A stretch of 64,000 nt of DNA from Tubulanus polymorphus (GCF_964204645.1 NC_134030.1:11367947-11431946), one strand, 5' to 3'; positions 14,072-64,000 are shown, counted from the stretch's first letter. Numbers and translations are program-made. Notes: generated from the letters alone by a model not told the origin.

Positions 14072-15033
14072 CTATTGGTATAAATTTATCTTCATCATAA
14101 TTTCTGAACGACAGACAGGGCAGATAGCACCTCTTATCTCGATCAACCTGTCTACGCATACTGAACAGAACAGCATATGTCCACAGGGCACCAATGCAAC
14201 GCGTTCCCGTGGTTCGGTCAAACAAATAACGCACATTAGTTCTTCATTTATGACGGGTTCTGCTGGCTCATTCGCACGAGGAGGATCTTCCGCAATTGGT
14301 TCCTCAGCCAACTCGGGCAAATCTTCATCATCGAGATCATCATCGCCACTGTCATCATGAACACTTTCATTAAATTCGTTGTCCCCATCATCATTCTCAT
14401 TGTCGGAATTGATGTCTTGTAGCCAGTTATCGGGGTTAGCATATCCTCCGAACGCATGTCGTGTGGCATTCAAAAATTCGACAATAGTATAATGTCCACT
14501 TGAAAGTCTTTGGGCGCACAATTTTATAACGTTATCCGTTAACACTACTTTACGTTTACGCCGTCGTCTTATTTCTAATCCACGCTGAAGACGGGAAGTT
14601 TCATTTTCCGAATCTAACGCAATTTTCTTTAGATTGTCCAAGTGAACAAATAAATTGGGATGAATACCCAACTTTTTTCTAAGGGTAGCGTGAAAACTTT
14701 CCACACCGTTGTTGGTTCTTTCGGTACAACCGTTGACTGATAAACGATTCACACCAATCCGGTTAATCCAATACCGCTCTAAATATGTGAAGAACTGGTT
14801 GAGCTGCCTACGTACAACTTCGGGGGTATCCCGTTTTATCGACTGGAGTCCCTCTGCAATCGATTCTGCAGGCAGAAGTGGCAAGCACATCGTTTTCTGT
14901 ACCGTCTCGCGCAAGATTTGATCTGTACGATAAAAAACGATCAATCAAGATTTTGAAGTCGGCGTAGAACTGCTTGTGCATAGTGGAACCATCAACCAGA
15001 AACTGAGATGTTCGGATGAACGGTTCTAATTGC
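14072..15033 (-). pseudogene. C-terminal half of a MULE/Mutator transposase fused to an acidic linker and C3HC4 RING
   Basis: AIRTVHPNISVSG*WFHYAQAV (CxxH motif), RTNNGVESFH (catalytic E), CVIC...PCGH..FCSVC...CPVCR. Confidence 0.85.
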
Positions 15034-15173
15034 GAGGACGAGGACTCTGGTATATATGCGGAGAGTTTTTGTATAAAAAAACGAGAACCCATCACGACAC
15101 AACATACCTTTCCTGCGTTGGAGAGTTTTGTCCAGGGACAGCAAAGATTTCCGAAAATAGACTCCGAATCATT
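15033..15173 (+). pseudogene. FLYWCH-like N-terminal transposase exon, opposite strand to the rest of the transposase
   Basis: RGRGLWYICGEFLYKK...TYLSCVGEFCPGTAKI followed by a GTAAGT donor at 15174. Confidence 0.6.
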
Positions 15174-16184
15174 GTAAGTATGAAAACTTGTTTCTGCTAC
15201 ATGGATAGAATTTTGTTCTAGAAAAGTTATTAGATATGATAACATGCACTTGTGGTTATATTATATATTTATTTTAACCAGAGGTATTGTTAGCATGGTT
15301 AGCAATATGAACATCTTATTTCGTAAGTTGTAGTCTTATTTCCTTAATACAACAATACAAATGTTACTGCGCAGTAGGGGGGCAGGGCATCTAAAGTGAA
15401 CACTTATCGTAGAATATAGCCGAACCGATGGAATTTTAAAATAAACTATCAGTCAACCGACTGATGATACAACATGGTTGTTCTCGGCGTACTTAACAAT
15501 GATATTTTCCTCCAATAAACAACTCTGGTAAAATTGAATAAAATGAGCTATCTTTATTGGTGATATCGTATCATGGTGGTAGCCTACCGTTTATCGTTTG
15601 ATGTTTCGTGTCATCAAGAAATGGTTTTAACTTGAGTAAAGGCGTTCCCGCACGATCACATAACTTACCTACACGGGTTTCAGTCAGGAGTAGGCCTGCC
15701 GTTCCACTGCTCTATCATTTATAAATCGGAGGTACATAATTTCATGTTTTTCTATTCAGAAGAGGCCGTTCCCCATTCTTTACTGCCAATGTCAATGCGG
15801 ACATACCACTACGCGATTGCTTAACCCCCTCTCATCAACCGGATAAATAATGAGAAAAATGCGATAGAATAATCTTTTGGCCATTAAATCAGAAATGTGG
15901 CGACGCTATCTTGTTGGGAATAATTGAAACAATATTTTGAGTCAATTTCAGCCGTGTCTAATATTTTACGAGAACGGAGTTACAATTTGAAGCTACTATG
16001 AAAATGAGAAGAGTCGGCGCTTTTTTTACTACGACTTCTGATCCATTTTTACTAGCATTGGATTACGTCTATGACGTCATGCAATTGTGGCTCATGTAAT
16101 TATGCATCACAACTTTTAAGTTTGATTAAAGTTAAAATGGAACAATATGGAACAATAGTTTTAATACGAAATTCAAACTCATAC

Positions 16185-53229
<37,045 letters not shown>

Positions 53230-54327
53230 TATTATTCAGTTTATCCAATGACTATTAAGAATCCAGTTAAACCAAACAGCTTGACCTATAATAAACCATT
53301 AACAGAAAAAAGAGAGTTATTTGTAGCACATTGGAAGCTAATTTAACTCTCATCAAGAACAATAGTATGTTTTGTGATACCAAGAGTGGACAATTGACGG
53401 AAAAGCCATAGAAAGGCTATCTAAGATAAGCATCGAAGATCCAATGAATCGATTACTCATGCAAAAAGTTTGGGCAAGCTGATAAGGTAGTATTGATAAG
53501 CTATCAATTTGCAAGCATTTATATTCAGCATTTGGAATTTCCCGAGTCCAATAGTAATTCGAGCTGCTATGACGCAAGCATTTTGGCCTGGGTCAACTGT
53601 TAGCGGGGTGCCAAATTTGCCCATGCCAAAAACATTGGACTAGGTCTGAGCCAAATTTGAGTAAGAGTTAACAATATGAGTGAATTCCAACATGACTCAC
53701 TTTGCTTTGTCATGGCATATCCAGGCAGAAAGACACTAAATATTTGGATGGATATATGAAAGCTGTGGGTACTGGAGTGTGTAATGGGTAGTGTAGTGTG
53801 ATCTGTGTGCATTTGTGGCCAGCACACATATCACATTGTTCATTTGGGAGATTTTCAACAACATGGAAGTAACGTGTAATAAATGATGACTTGAATTGCA
53901 TGACTACCTACCACCTCTCATTATTGTTGGAAAACTAAACGTTCCGCACAGACTAAAAATTAGTAATAACATTTTAGAAATGGCCAGAATTTTAACTTAG
54001 GTTCTATCTCATTTTTATTTTACAATTGCGATTGGTATAATTCTTTTTTAAACGGCCATTAAGGCTTCATGTTTCGTCTGCAATTCACTGCAAATAGTTA
54101 CCCAACTACGCACATTTCAGTGCTTTTGGTAGCTGTACACCCAATCGGCACCGTTCGTGACTAGCTTTACTGCGGAATTATCATTAATTAACATCGCCAT
54201 ATCACATCATCAACTTATATTGTGCCTTAAAACCCAAACAGCCGAAATAATTGAAATGCACACACGATTTCTATCATTGAAAATTGAGAGAGTGGCCATG
54301 TTTGTGTTCTGCTGCTTCGCGTAAATC

Positions 54328-54371
54328 CCGCGCGGTGGCGCAACCGCGCGGAGTGGGGCTGATACGTCTAG
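54328..54371 (+). mobile_element. Helitron-type 3' terminus
   Basis: 9-bp GC stem CCGCGCGGT/ACCGCGCGG followed by CTAG|T. Confidence 0.5.
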
Positions 54372-55753
54372 TATTGATTGAGTGGCTAACAAGTGAACTC
54401 CCTAATTAGGCAAGAGCAAAATTTTACTCGCACCCCTGATCTGGGCCAATTTCCGCAGGGCCGAATTGTGTGATTGCAGCAGTCAGCTATACCTGAACTA
54501 AGACCAGACATAAAACAGCGAGTAAGATACCGTGCAAAAGACAAACCCACATTAGTTCACTGTGTACAATTGGAAGTACTTTCGGGCTATTTGGTTTAAA
54601 TCATAACTACCTATTGGTGGTGTAAGTAGTTTTAGGCCTAATCGGATTAAGCATTACGGAAATAAATGTCGTAGTGTGGATTTTGCCGCCGGAGTCGACA
54701 TATAACTCCGTGCCGCAGTCATTTTATGGGAGTGGCAAGTGACGCCACCAAATGGAGTTGGCGTCCTTGGAGACCTGTATCGTCAGTCATCCTCGTAGTT
54801 ATATAGGGTGAAGTACGTTGTAATAAACTGTGACATGATATTCCAATCTATGTGTTGATTGCTCTGCAGGTAAATTAGTTTAATCTTCTACATGTATCTA
54901 TTTTAAAGTATACTACGATGTGCTCGGGCTTCGAATTGTTGATTGTCAGGGTGTTTGGGGTAATTTAATGGTATGTTTAGGGGAAGTTATTGATGATAGA
55001 TTTTCCTACGCTGAGTGCCATCTAGAGGGTGCTGTTGATTATTTGTGGTTTGTATGTATGTAGTCTGTGTCACCTTTGTTATACAGTAACTTAGTTCTGT
55101 TGCTTGATAAGATAAGATGAATCGTAGGAGAGTAAACCGTAATATTAATTGGGGTGATTTTGATGTGTTGTGAAAGGTATTTTTTTTAAATGTTGAGTGT
55201 AATACTGGGAATGATTGTAAATAATTGTAAGGGGAAAGTGAGTCATCCTCGTAGTGATATAGGGTGAAGTACGTTGTAATAAACTGTGACATGATATTCC
55301 AATCTATGTGTTGATTGCTCTGCAGGGTTGGACGAGGATTCCTTTTGTTCGCTGGATCGAGGAGAAGTCTTGGAGAAGAACGTCACAACAGCATCCTGCG
55401 GGTCCGGAACGTAGGTGAAGAGTGGAGTACAGTATTTGTTCGTCGGCTCTCCCGCCCTAAAATTGATCAGAGGACAGTGGTTTGCTAGCTTTGTGATGTG
55501 CGTAGCACGCTTGTGTGTTGCAATAATATTGTGATTGGTGGAACTAGTGGTAGTATTTTTGTTTTGTAGCTTATCGCATAAGAGTAAGTAGTTACGGTAC
55601 AAACAATCAACACTGTCCTTGTCAATAACTGTATCAACGTGGGTTTTCCAAATCATAGTATTCACAAGTTACAGGTGTAAGTATATTAACGGGAAATTTG
55701 GACGTCCATATTAGGTTATTTCGTATATACTGGGTAAGAGATTGACTTGAAAC

Positions 55754-57070
55754 ATGTCGTCGTTTGAGCGTGTACTTTTTGTAGAAATAGATCCTGTATC
55801 GGTGACTGAGCGTGATTTGTCGATTGCTTTAATGGCTTATGGAGTCGTACGATTACGTCGAGGATCCTCGCGGCAAAGGTGGTTTGTGATGTTCACCCAA
55901 GTCTCTACTGTAATGTCTTTGTTGTCGGTGGGTGAGTTGCCAGTAGGTTAAGCTGTCGCTACACCCACCTGTATTGATGCTGCGGGGGCTGAACAAGTGG
56001 GGGCTATCTTATCTGAGGGGAGGGAGAGGAAGGCGCTGGAAGAGGCTCAACGCCTTCTTAGCTCCGTTGGGAGGAATTCTGAAATTAGACTCGGCCATCC
56101 CCATTAAAGTGGTCCCAGAGCGGGCTGTTGGGGTTCAGCCAATATCTTTTTCCTCTCCACAGTTGGACAATTTTTCTGGAAGTGATCGTAAGGGCGAAAC
56201 TACGTGTAAACTCTGGAGGTCGCAGGTGGAAGGTTCATTAACTGATCCTGCGATTTCAGATCACGCCCTTTTGGCTTCAATAAGACGATCGGTCCGGGAA
56301 TTGCCGGAGCCTTGTTGAGCATGGGCAGTAGTGTTACTCCGGAGGATGTGTTGCGGAAATTCGATTCCGTGTTTGGGTCGGTAACGACTCCGACTCAAGC
56401 TTTGTCAGCATTTTTTACTGCGGAACAAAGACCTGAATAATCCATTGCCCTTTGGGCCTGCCGCCTCGATACCCTGAAGAGTCGTGTTCTGGGAGTAAGT
56501 GAGGAGATGTTAAGAACGCAATTTTGTGACGGTCTGAGGGACTCTCAGATTAAGCTGGCATTGCGACCGACTCTTTCCCCGGCTGCTAGTTTCCCCAACA
56601 TGGTCCTGTAAGCTAGAGGTGCGGAGGACATGATAGATAAGACTTCCACAGCACCGGTACACAGAAGGTCGGGAGTTGTGCAGCAGCACGCAGTTCAACC
56701 TCAAAAGATAAAACCTAAGAATTCAGTCTCGTTAGAGGATGTAGCTGCTAAATTGGATAATGTGGTTAGGAAATTGAATGGGTTCCAACTTGAAATAAAG
56801 TGCTTAAATAAACAAGTTGATCATATAGATCCTGTGGTTGAACGGTTCGGGATGGAGATGGAAGGAAGGAGTCAGACCGATACGAAGGTTTCAGTTGATC
56901 CTGTTCCACTGATTTCGTCAAAGCGTTGTTTCAAGTGTGACTTGGTCTTTTTGAGTGGGAGTGTCTTTCCTCAGTGAAGGAACGACATGGGTTTGCATCG
57001 ACCTCCGCCCACTTACACCTGTTATAAATGTTATGTCGTTGGCGATCACTACTTTCAGTATTGTGGGAAA
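55754..57070 (+). pseudogene. gag: Gag, PNMA-like capsid with CCHC knuckle
   Basis: FSGSDRKGET..LWRSQV, IRRSVR, KFDSVFG, CYKCYVVGDHYFQYC. Confidence 0.8.
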
Positions 57071-57149
57071 GGACAACCACCGCTAAACTCGTAAGGGATC
57101 AGCATTCTGGGCGCGTTGGGTTCCGCATTGGTGAAAAACCCCCCAAGTC

Positions 57150-60100
57150 GGAAATTAAATCGCCGTCGGTTGCGTCTCTATTGGGACCGTCCAGTGAGAC
57201 GAAGGTGAATAGTGTTGGTTGTAAGGCCATGATTGACACTGGCGCAATGGTGTCAACAGTGTCAGAGTAATTTAAGCAACAGATAGGTGCGGCAGTGTAC
57301 CCTTTGGAGGGTATCTTGAATGTTTGACAGCTGCGGGCAATAAGTTGCCCTATCTCGGTTGTACTGTCGTGACACTCGGTATCGGGAACAAAGAAATCGA
57401 GGTATTGTTGTTGGTAGTAAAGACGACAAAGCCACTACAAGTCCCTCCAATGAGCAAGTTGCAATTAATGGAATCATCCGAGGGGAGTTGAGTGGAGCCA
57501 GCACGGTGATGACCAGTCAGTCTACAGTTGCTTTACCTGGAACGCTTACGGTGGTTCCGTCGGAGTCATCTCTGAACGGTTACGGGGTGAATCGTGTAAC
57601 AGTAGTTTTACGGAATGTAGGTTCGTGCCCGGTGAGTGTCCCAGCTAGGACGCCCGTTTCTAATGTTTATCTAGTGTCGCCGGTCCGCTTGGCAGGACTT
57701 GGGACCGAGGCTTGGTCAGCTAGGGACAGTCCCAAACCAGCTGAGGGTTTGATCGATCGTGGTAATCTGTTTGGAATAACAGCTGAGACATGTGATGTAA
57801 ATAATTCAGGTAGTTCTGAGGATCTGAGTAAAGAGGATTTTCTTACTCTTTTTTTATTTTAAGGGCACAACCTTGGGTGAGGCTGAGTTTTCTGAGCTGG
57901 GAGATTTCCTATACAGTTGGAATCGTTTAATCTCTAAGTCTGCTGACGATATCGGGCGCACATCTTTGGTGCGACACCGTATTTTATTAGAAGACAGTAT
58001 TCCGATCAAAGAACGTTACCGGCGGGTGCCCCCTGCTATGTTTCAAGAGGTGCGCCAGCATTTGAAAATGATGTTGGATGCGGGAATAACCCGACACTCG
58101 ACCAGCCCTTACGCGTCGCCTGTGGTGTTGGTGAGAAAGAAAAATGGAGAACTGAGATTCTGCGTCGATCATCGGGCATTAAATTCGAAGACTGTTGGCG
58201 ACAGTTTTAGTTAACCCAGAGTCGATGATCTCTTGGACTCGATGTCAGGGGCGAAACTTCTTTCGAGCCTGGATTTGAAGGCAGGTTATTGGCAGGTTGA
58301 AATGGAGGAGTCTGACAAGGCCAAAACTGCCTTTTCTGCTGGTCCGGGTTTAGGGTTTTTTGAGTTTAATGTTATGCCCTTTGGACTTACAGGGGCACCT
58401 TCAACCTTTCAGCACCTGATGGAGAGATGCTTGGACGACTTATGCATGCACAAATGTTTGTGCTATTTGGATGATATCCACGAACATTCAATCGATTTTA
58501 GGCAATATTTAGTCTGATTGCAACACGTTTTCGAGTGGTTGCATCAAGCAGGACTCAAGCTCAATCCTACTAAATGTATATTCTGTTGCTCGTCTCTCAT
58601 TTATCTGGGGCATCGGTTGTCGTCAGAGGGCATAGAGGGGGATCCCGGTAAAATCCAGGCCATTTCTGATTGGCCTACTCCGCAGACCGTTGAAGAGGTA
58701 AATTTCTTGGATTTACAGGGTTTTATCGCAAGTTTATTTGCTCTTACTTTTATTTGCTCTTTCTATAGCTAAGATTTGACAGATTTACTGGTTGGGTTGA
58801 ATCGGGTGGCGGGAAAGCTTCAGGGAGGAGCTTAGTACAGGGGGGGTTGAGCAGGAAAATAGCTTTCAGGCGCTGAAATCTCGTCTCACAACGCCTCCTG
58901 TTTTATGCTTCGCTGATTTTTCGAGACCGTTCGAACTACATGTGGATGCGTCAGGGACTGGACTTTACGCTGTCCTCTACCAGGAGCAAGACGGTCTAAA
59001 CGAGTTGGAGCGTATGCGTCTTGGTCAGTGTCAAAGACCTAGCGGAATTATCCGACTCATAAACTAGAATTTCTGGACCTTAAGTGGGCTGTAGTAGACA
59101 AATTTAAAGATTATCTTTATGGGAACCGTTGCCGGGTACTTACGGACAATAACCTGCTGACATATGTTCTTTCGTCGCCACGCTTGGATGCCGCTGGCTA
59201 TCGGCAGCTTCAAGCTCTTTCTGTCTTTGATTTGGAAATTTCTTATCGACGTGGTAAGCTGAATGTCGATGCTGATCTCTTGTCTCAACAAGAAGCTAGA
59301 TCGGAACACTAGAGTTTGACGAAGATGTTTACATATCGTGCGAGGTTTTTGCAGCTGTGTGTCAGTCTGGCGTTACCAACGTTAAGTTCATGGAGGCCGA
59401 TTTCGGTAACGGGGAGGTAGATTTATTAAAGTCCCAAGAGAGAGATCTCGTCATTGGCCCCATTTCTTCCCAGCGAGAAGAAAGTAAATATTAGCTCTCG
59501 TGAGAGTAGGCGGTATCGGAAGTACTTAGCGAGTTTTTCTATTAAAGATTGACTTGTTTGTCGACAGGTGAGAGGTAACATGGGAGAAAAGTGTCAGGTA
59601 GTTCTGCCTACTTCCAAACGAACCTTGGTGTTAAAATTATTACATGATGAGATGGCTCATCCTGGACGCGATCGGTCAGGTATGAGAACCGATGTGGAAG
59701 GGTATGTACGTTCGTGCCAACATTGTGTACTTTTTAAATCGACGATTGACGAGCCCCACTTATGTCAATAGTCACCAAATATTCATTTCAGCTGTTATGT
59801 ATCGATTATTTGAAAATCGAACCATCGGGAGGAATGGAAGATGTGTTGGTGGTGACGGACCATTTTACGAAGTATAGTTGGGCCTTTCCAACCCGAAATC
59901 AACTTGCTTCTACTGTTGCCAAGGTTTTGCACGAGCAGGTGATCACTAAGTTCGGTATCCACGCTAGTGTTGCATTCGGTTCAGGGTCAGAACTTTGAAA
60001 GTAAAGTCATCGAACTCTGCAAGCAAGCCGGGGTGACCAAGTCTCAAACCACACCATACCATGCCATGGGTAATGGGGTGTGTGAGAGATTTAATTCCAC

Positions 60101-60700
60101 TCTAATTGGCATGTTGGGTACATTAGAAGAGGGTAAAAAAGATGGATGGAAAGATTATGTCAGTTCATTGGTCTTTGCCTATAACTGTACCCCGCATCGG
60201 GTGACTGGCTTTGAGCCATACTATTTGATGTTCGGCCGACAGCCACAGTTACCGGTCGACTTACGTTATGGGTTAAGAGCTAATGAGGTGGAGGAAGTTG
60301 GGGAGTTTGCTAAAACGATTGATGAGAAATTAGAGTATGCTTGGGGAGTTGCAAAAGAAAGGATGGAGACAGTCGGGGGTTATGATAAAGTTAGGTATGT
60401 TAAAGCTGCGCGGGGAGGTGCTCTGATTTAGTACTGGTTAAACGTACTGGATTTAAGTCTAGACACAAAATCGCTGATAAGTGGGAGGCAGACCCATAAC
60501 ATTGTGGAATCGATGCCAGCGGGTGAAGTACAAGTGTATGAGGTCGGAAACGTGGTTTCTAAGAAGAAACGTGTTGTCGACCGCAATGTTTTGAGGGTTT
60601 TGGCAGTAGAGCTTCACCCTCGCGAAGTTGAGAAGGCTAGGGCGAAACACCCGAGGGAAAAGCAGTCGCCGGTTGATGACGGAAAGGTTGGCGATTCCAG
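57150..60700 (+). pseudogene. pol: Pol (protease, RT, RNase H, integrase) with many frameshifts and stops
   Basis: IDTGA, SPVVLVRKK, LDLKAGYWQ, MPFGL, YLDD, VDAS, TDHFTKY, ERFNSTL, FAYNCTPH. Confidence 0.95.
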
Positions 60701-61714
60701 TGGGAGATGAGTTCTTCATTCTTCATAGGATGCCCGATGTCGACACAGGTGTAGTCGGAGTGAAGTGCCGGCTGACAGTGGTGACGAACTCAGTAGCATT
60801 CCGCCCCCCATAGAGTTTCAGACTCCTATACGTGATGAGGAGGAGTTTCAAATTCCTATACGTGGTGAGGCGTTTACAATTCGTATATGTGATGAGAAGG
60901 TGTATGATAAAACGATTTTGCAGGAAGAAGTGGTTTTACAGGAGGTTGCTGATGTCAGGTCCCCTGAAGAGGAGCTATATCCCTGCAGATCGCAGCGAGT
61001 GCAAAGAAAACCTAGATGGATGAATTCAGGCCAGTATGTCCAGTCCTTGTCATAGCCTGATTGGCGAGAAGGGGCTGACTATTTAGTGTCGTTGGCCGGG
61101 AATGCAAATGTAGCTAGTAACTGTGGTTTAGTATCTGGTCAACGCAGTATAGCTTAAGTTCACTTTCTGGTTAACACGGTGTAGTTTTTTTTTGTTGGGA
61201 ATACTACTGGTTTGTGATCCCGTGTAATGTTAGTTGGAGGTTGTCTAGTTCGTTTATTGAGGCATGTTTTGTACCTGAGCTGTGTCAAGTGCCAGGTTGT
61301 TCAGGTGTTTTTTATAGTTGAAGTTGTTTTACCTTTCAAATCAGTAAGTTTCTTTATTCCTGTACGGGCAGAGTTTTTATTGACATTCTAAGACGGAATG
61401 TTCGTCAGTCTGAGGGAGTATGTCGTAGTGTGGATTTTGCCGGAGTTGACATATAACTCCGACTTCCGTGCCGCAGTCATTTTATGGGTCTGGCAAGTGG
61501 TGCCACTAAATGGAGTTGGCGTCCTTGGAGACCTGTATCGTCAGTCATCCTCATAGTGATATGGGGTGAAGTACGTTGTAATAAACTGTGACATGATATT
61601 CCAATCTATGTGTTGATTGCTCTGCAGGGTTGGACGAGGATTCCTTTTGTTCGCTGGATCGAGGAAGTCTTGGAGAAGAACGTCGCGACAGCGTCCTGCG
61701 GGACCGGAACGTAG

Positions 61715-62556
61715 TAGTCAGTAACCTGTCTGTGGTTTAGTTTCACGACGGGATATTTTCACAAACCACAGTCAGGAATGGGAAGGTCGTTTTTCAATGA
61801 AATCTTCGTGAGTCAATTTGACTCACGAGTAATTTGCCTGGCATTTTCTGGTCTTTTGAGATTTATCCGTCTAATTTTTGTTGTAATCACCACACAACAG
61901 ATTCGTAGTTTGTTTGATACCTATAACACCTCACCTGACGATCTTAATCCATGTGCAAAAGTTAGAGTAAATTTCCGTCAATTCAATGTCGGCCATTTTG
62001 AAAACTTGTGGAGGGTGCTGGTACCTGTGGACTGAGGCCAGGACAACAGCACAAACTAACGAAACGAAACGACAAAATTGAAAAATTTAAGAAATCAACA
62101 CTGATTCACATTTTTCTTCATCCATACTTAATTATTTCATTATTTATGATGGAAAGCACAAAGATTTTAAATGTATGTTGGAAAACCATCAAAAATGAGA
62201 ATTGTCGTTTCGTCTTGGAAGTTTTATATAAATCCTTGTAGGTCCCCTTGTCTTATCATGCCACATGTGGAATACAGAGAAATGGCGGCCAATGGCAAAT
62301 TTGTGGAGAAATTAATTAATTAATTTCTCAAATTAATGTTGATTAATCACTCGAAACATACAAAAAATTGCATTATTTCAAAAGGTACCTGTGTTAGTTT
62401 GTGAATTAAGCCATTAATTGTGGACTGAAGTGAATAGAAAGTATATTTTTGAAGTGTTACTTTTTTCAACCATGTTTTGGCCCTTGTCATCCCTAACGTT
62501 GGTATAAGCCCATCCGATTATAAAAAGCTTACCACCAACGATGAGGTAACTAACTA
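61715..62556. mobile_element. Non-autonomous DNA transposon inserted in the 3' LTR (TAG...CTA ends, 9-bp TSD)
   Basis: TSD GGAACGTAG at 61706-61714 and 62557-62565; TIR TAGTCAGTAACCT versus TAGTTAGTTACCT. Confidence 0.8.
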
Positions 62557-62864
62557 GGAACGTAGGTGAGGAGTGGAGTATGGTATTTGTTCGTCCGCTC
62601 TCCCACCCTAAAATTGATCAGAGGACAATCTCGGTCAAACGGGACCGAGCTACGACATAAAAAAACAACATTTTGAGTAATTTTAGAGAGACATAGGCCT
62701 ATTGAATTTTCACATTTTATTAATTTAGTCTGTATTGGGAATCCCGAATGTGGCAATAAATTCAATTCAAAACAAATCAATAAATTCACTGGTTCGCGAT
62801 TTAAATCATCAAAAATATTATAAAACACGTTTTCAAAGTCAACAAGGTAACTAAGTAATTTATT

Positions 62865-63873
62865 TTAGGTAATACTGTGAGACGGAAAAATTATGCGAGA
62901 ATTATTAACATCAAATTGATGACCATTGGTATCCCAAACATGGGTAGCCACAGCACTTTTTGATTGGGGTTTTTGATTAATTATATCTTTCTTATGCTCT
63001 TTTATACGAATGCTGAGGGAGCGACCAGTTTCACCTATATAGAATTTATCACAATCTAAGCAAGGGATTTTATAAACACCAGCATGGGTATTGGACAGAG
63101 TATTATTTTTGGATAAATGACTAGAGATTTTGTTATTATACTTGAATATGATATCAGTGTTAAGCGCATTGAGAGTGGGTTTCAATTTGTCTAAACACGG
63201 GACAAAAGGGACAACAATGCGAGACTTACGTTGAATAGAGTTATAATGAACACGGATAAAATTAGGTTTAAGGGATCTTTTAGCTTTACGTAGCGCAAGG
63301 TCTAAGACGTAATCTGGATAAGCTAATTTGTTAAGACAATTGCGTACATATAAAATTTCAGATTCAATAAATTCAGGGTTACAAATTCTAAGAGCCCAAA
63401 GAAACAACCCCTGGGCTACAGACAACTTGATATTAAAACTAGTGAAGGAAAAGAAATGCAAATATGAATTAGAGTGGGTGGGTTTCCGATAAATTGAAAA
63501 AAGGAGATGATCAAAACAATTGTGTATAAGAACATCCAGGAAAGGAATCACATGATTGGATTCCCATTCAAATGTGAACTTTAGGCTAGGGTAACATGAA
63601 TTTAAGAAAATAAGGGAAGGTTAAATTTATCAGAAACCAAACAAAGAACATCGTCAACATAACGAAACCAAGCTTTGGGAGGGATATCTGTATACAAAGG
63701 CAAAATTTCAGTTTCAACATGTTCCAAAAATAAGTTAGCTAAGATAGGAGAGAGGGGATTCCCCATAGCAAATCCAAAAATCTGTTGAAGAAATTCCCTT
63801 TAAAATGAAAATACATATTTTGCAAACACAGTTCAAGTAAATCAATGAGACATTCAACAGAAATGGGAAAATC
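62865..63873 (-). mobile_element. Penelope-like retroelement fragment (RT C-terminus plus GIY-YIG endonuclease)
   Basis: GFAMGNPLSPILANLF, RYVDD, IPFLDV, YRKPTH, GVYKIPC..C...YIGETGR. Confidence 0.95.
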
Positions 63874-64000
63874 GAGGAGGAGGCCCGGTAGTTCCACAAT
63901 GTATTTGCGTGATATTTTGAATTTATTGGCAGTTCATATTTAGCGCCATTCTCGCGAGATTATAAACAATCCGGAAATAAAATCCAAGCCCATCGCCAAA

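Larger units (their letters stand above)
54667..62627 (+). mobile_element. Full-length decayed Ty3/Gypsy LTR retrotransposon (5' LTR 54667-55476; 3' LTR 61421-62627, interrupted)
   Basis: TG...CA LTRs, PPT GAGGGAG before 61421, order gag-PR-RT-RH-IN. Confidence 0.95.

Noticed and set aside
54432-54470. Possible second hammerhead (CTGATCT...GGCCGAAT)
   Set aside because: Both core motifs deviate from CUGANGA and GAAA, and stem II is imperfect
63940-63980. TCTCGCGAGA and CCGGAAAT promoter-like motifs
   Set aside because: At the window edge with no linked gene visible

Overview
AT-rich eukaryotic genomic DNA, most likely from a marine bilaterian invertebrate (inferred from the repeat families; the species cannot be determined). 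No prokaryotic features are present. Most of the window is transposable-element derived: CR1/L2 LINE remnants, a decayed PNMA-like Gypsy LTR element, a young non-autonomous LTR element, Penelope remnants (one with a hammerhead ribozyme), a Polinton/Maverick integrase remnant, a rearranged MULE transposase-RING gene, a tRNA-derived SINE, Harbinger-, Kolobok- and piggyBac-type MITEs, and many non-autonomous Helentron-type (HINE) elements with internal ~145-155 bp repeats. Between the repeats, and invisible to the ORF track, is a minus-strand host gene read by hand from splice signals. It has an ATG exon (MGGAASSE, N-myristoylation-like) followed by about 24 GT-AG exons of 18-75 nt. Every one is a multiple of 3 and phase 1-1, and they splice into one stop-free frame of about 377 aa over about 37 kb, with a duplicated 39/51/36/18-nt exon module. 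This micro-exon gene is the main finding. All calls were made by eye and need RNA-seq and database confirmation.
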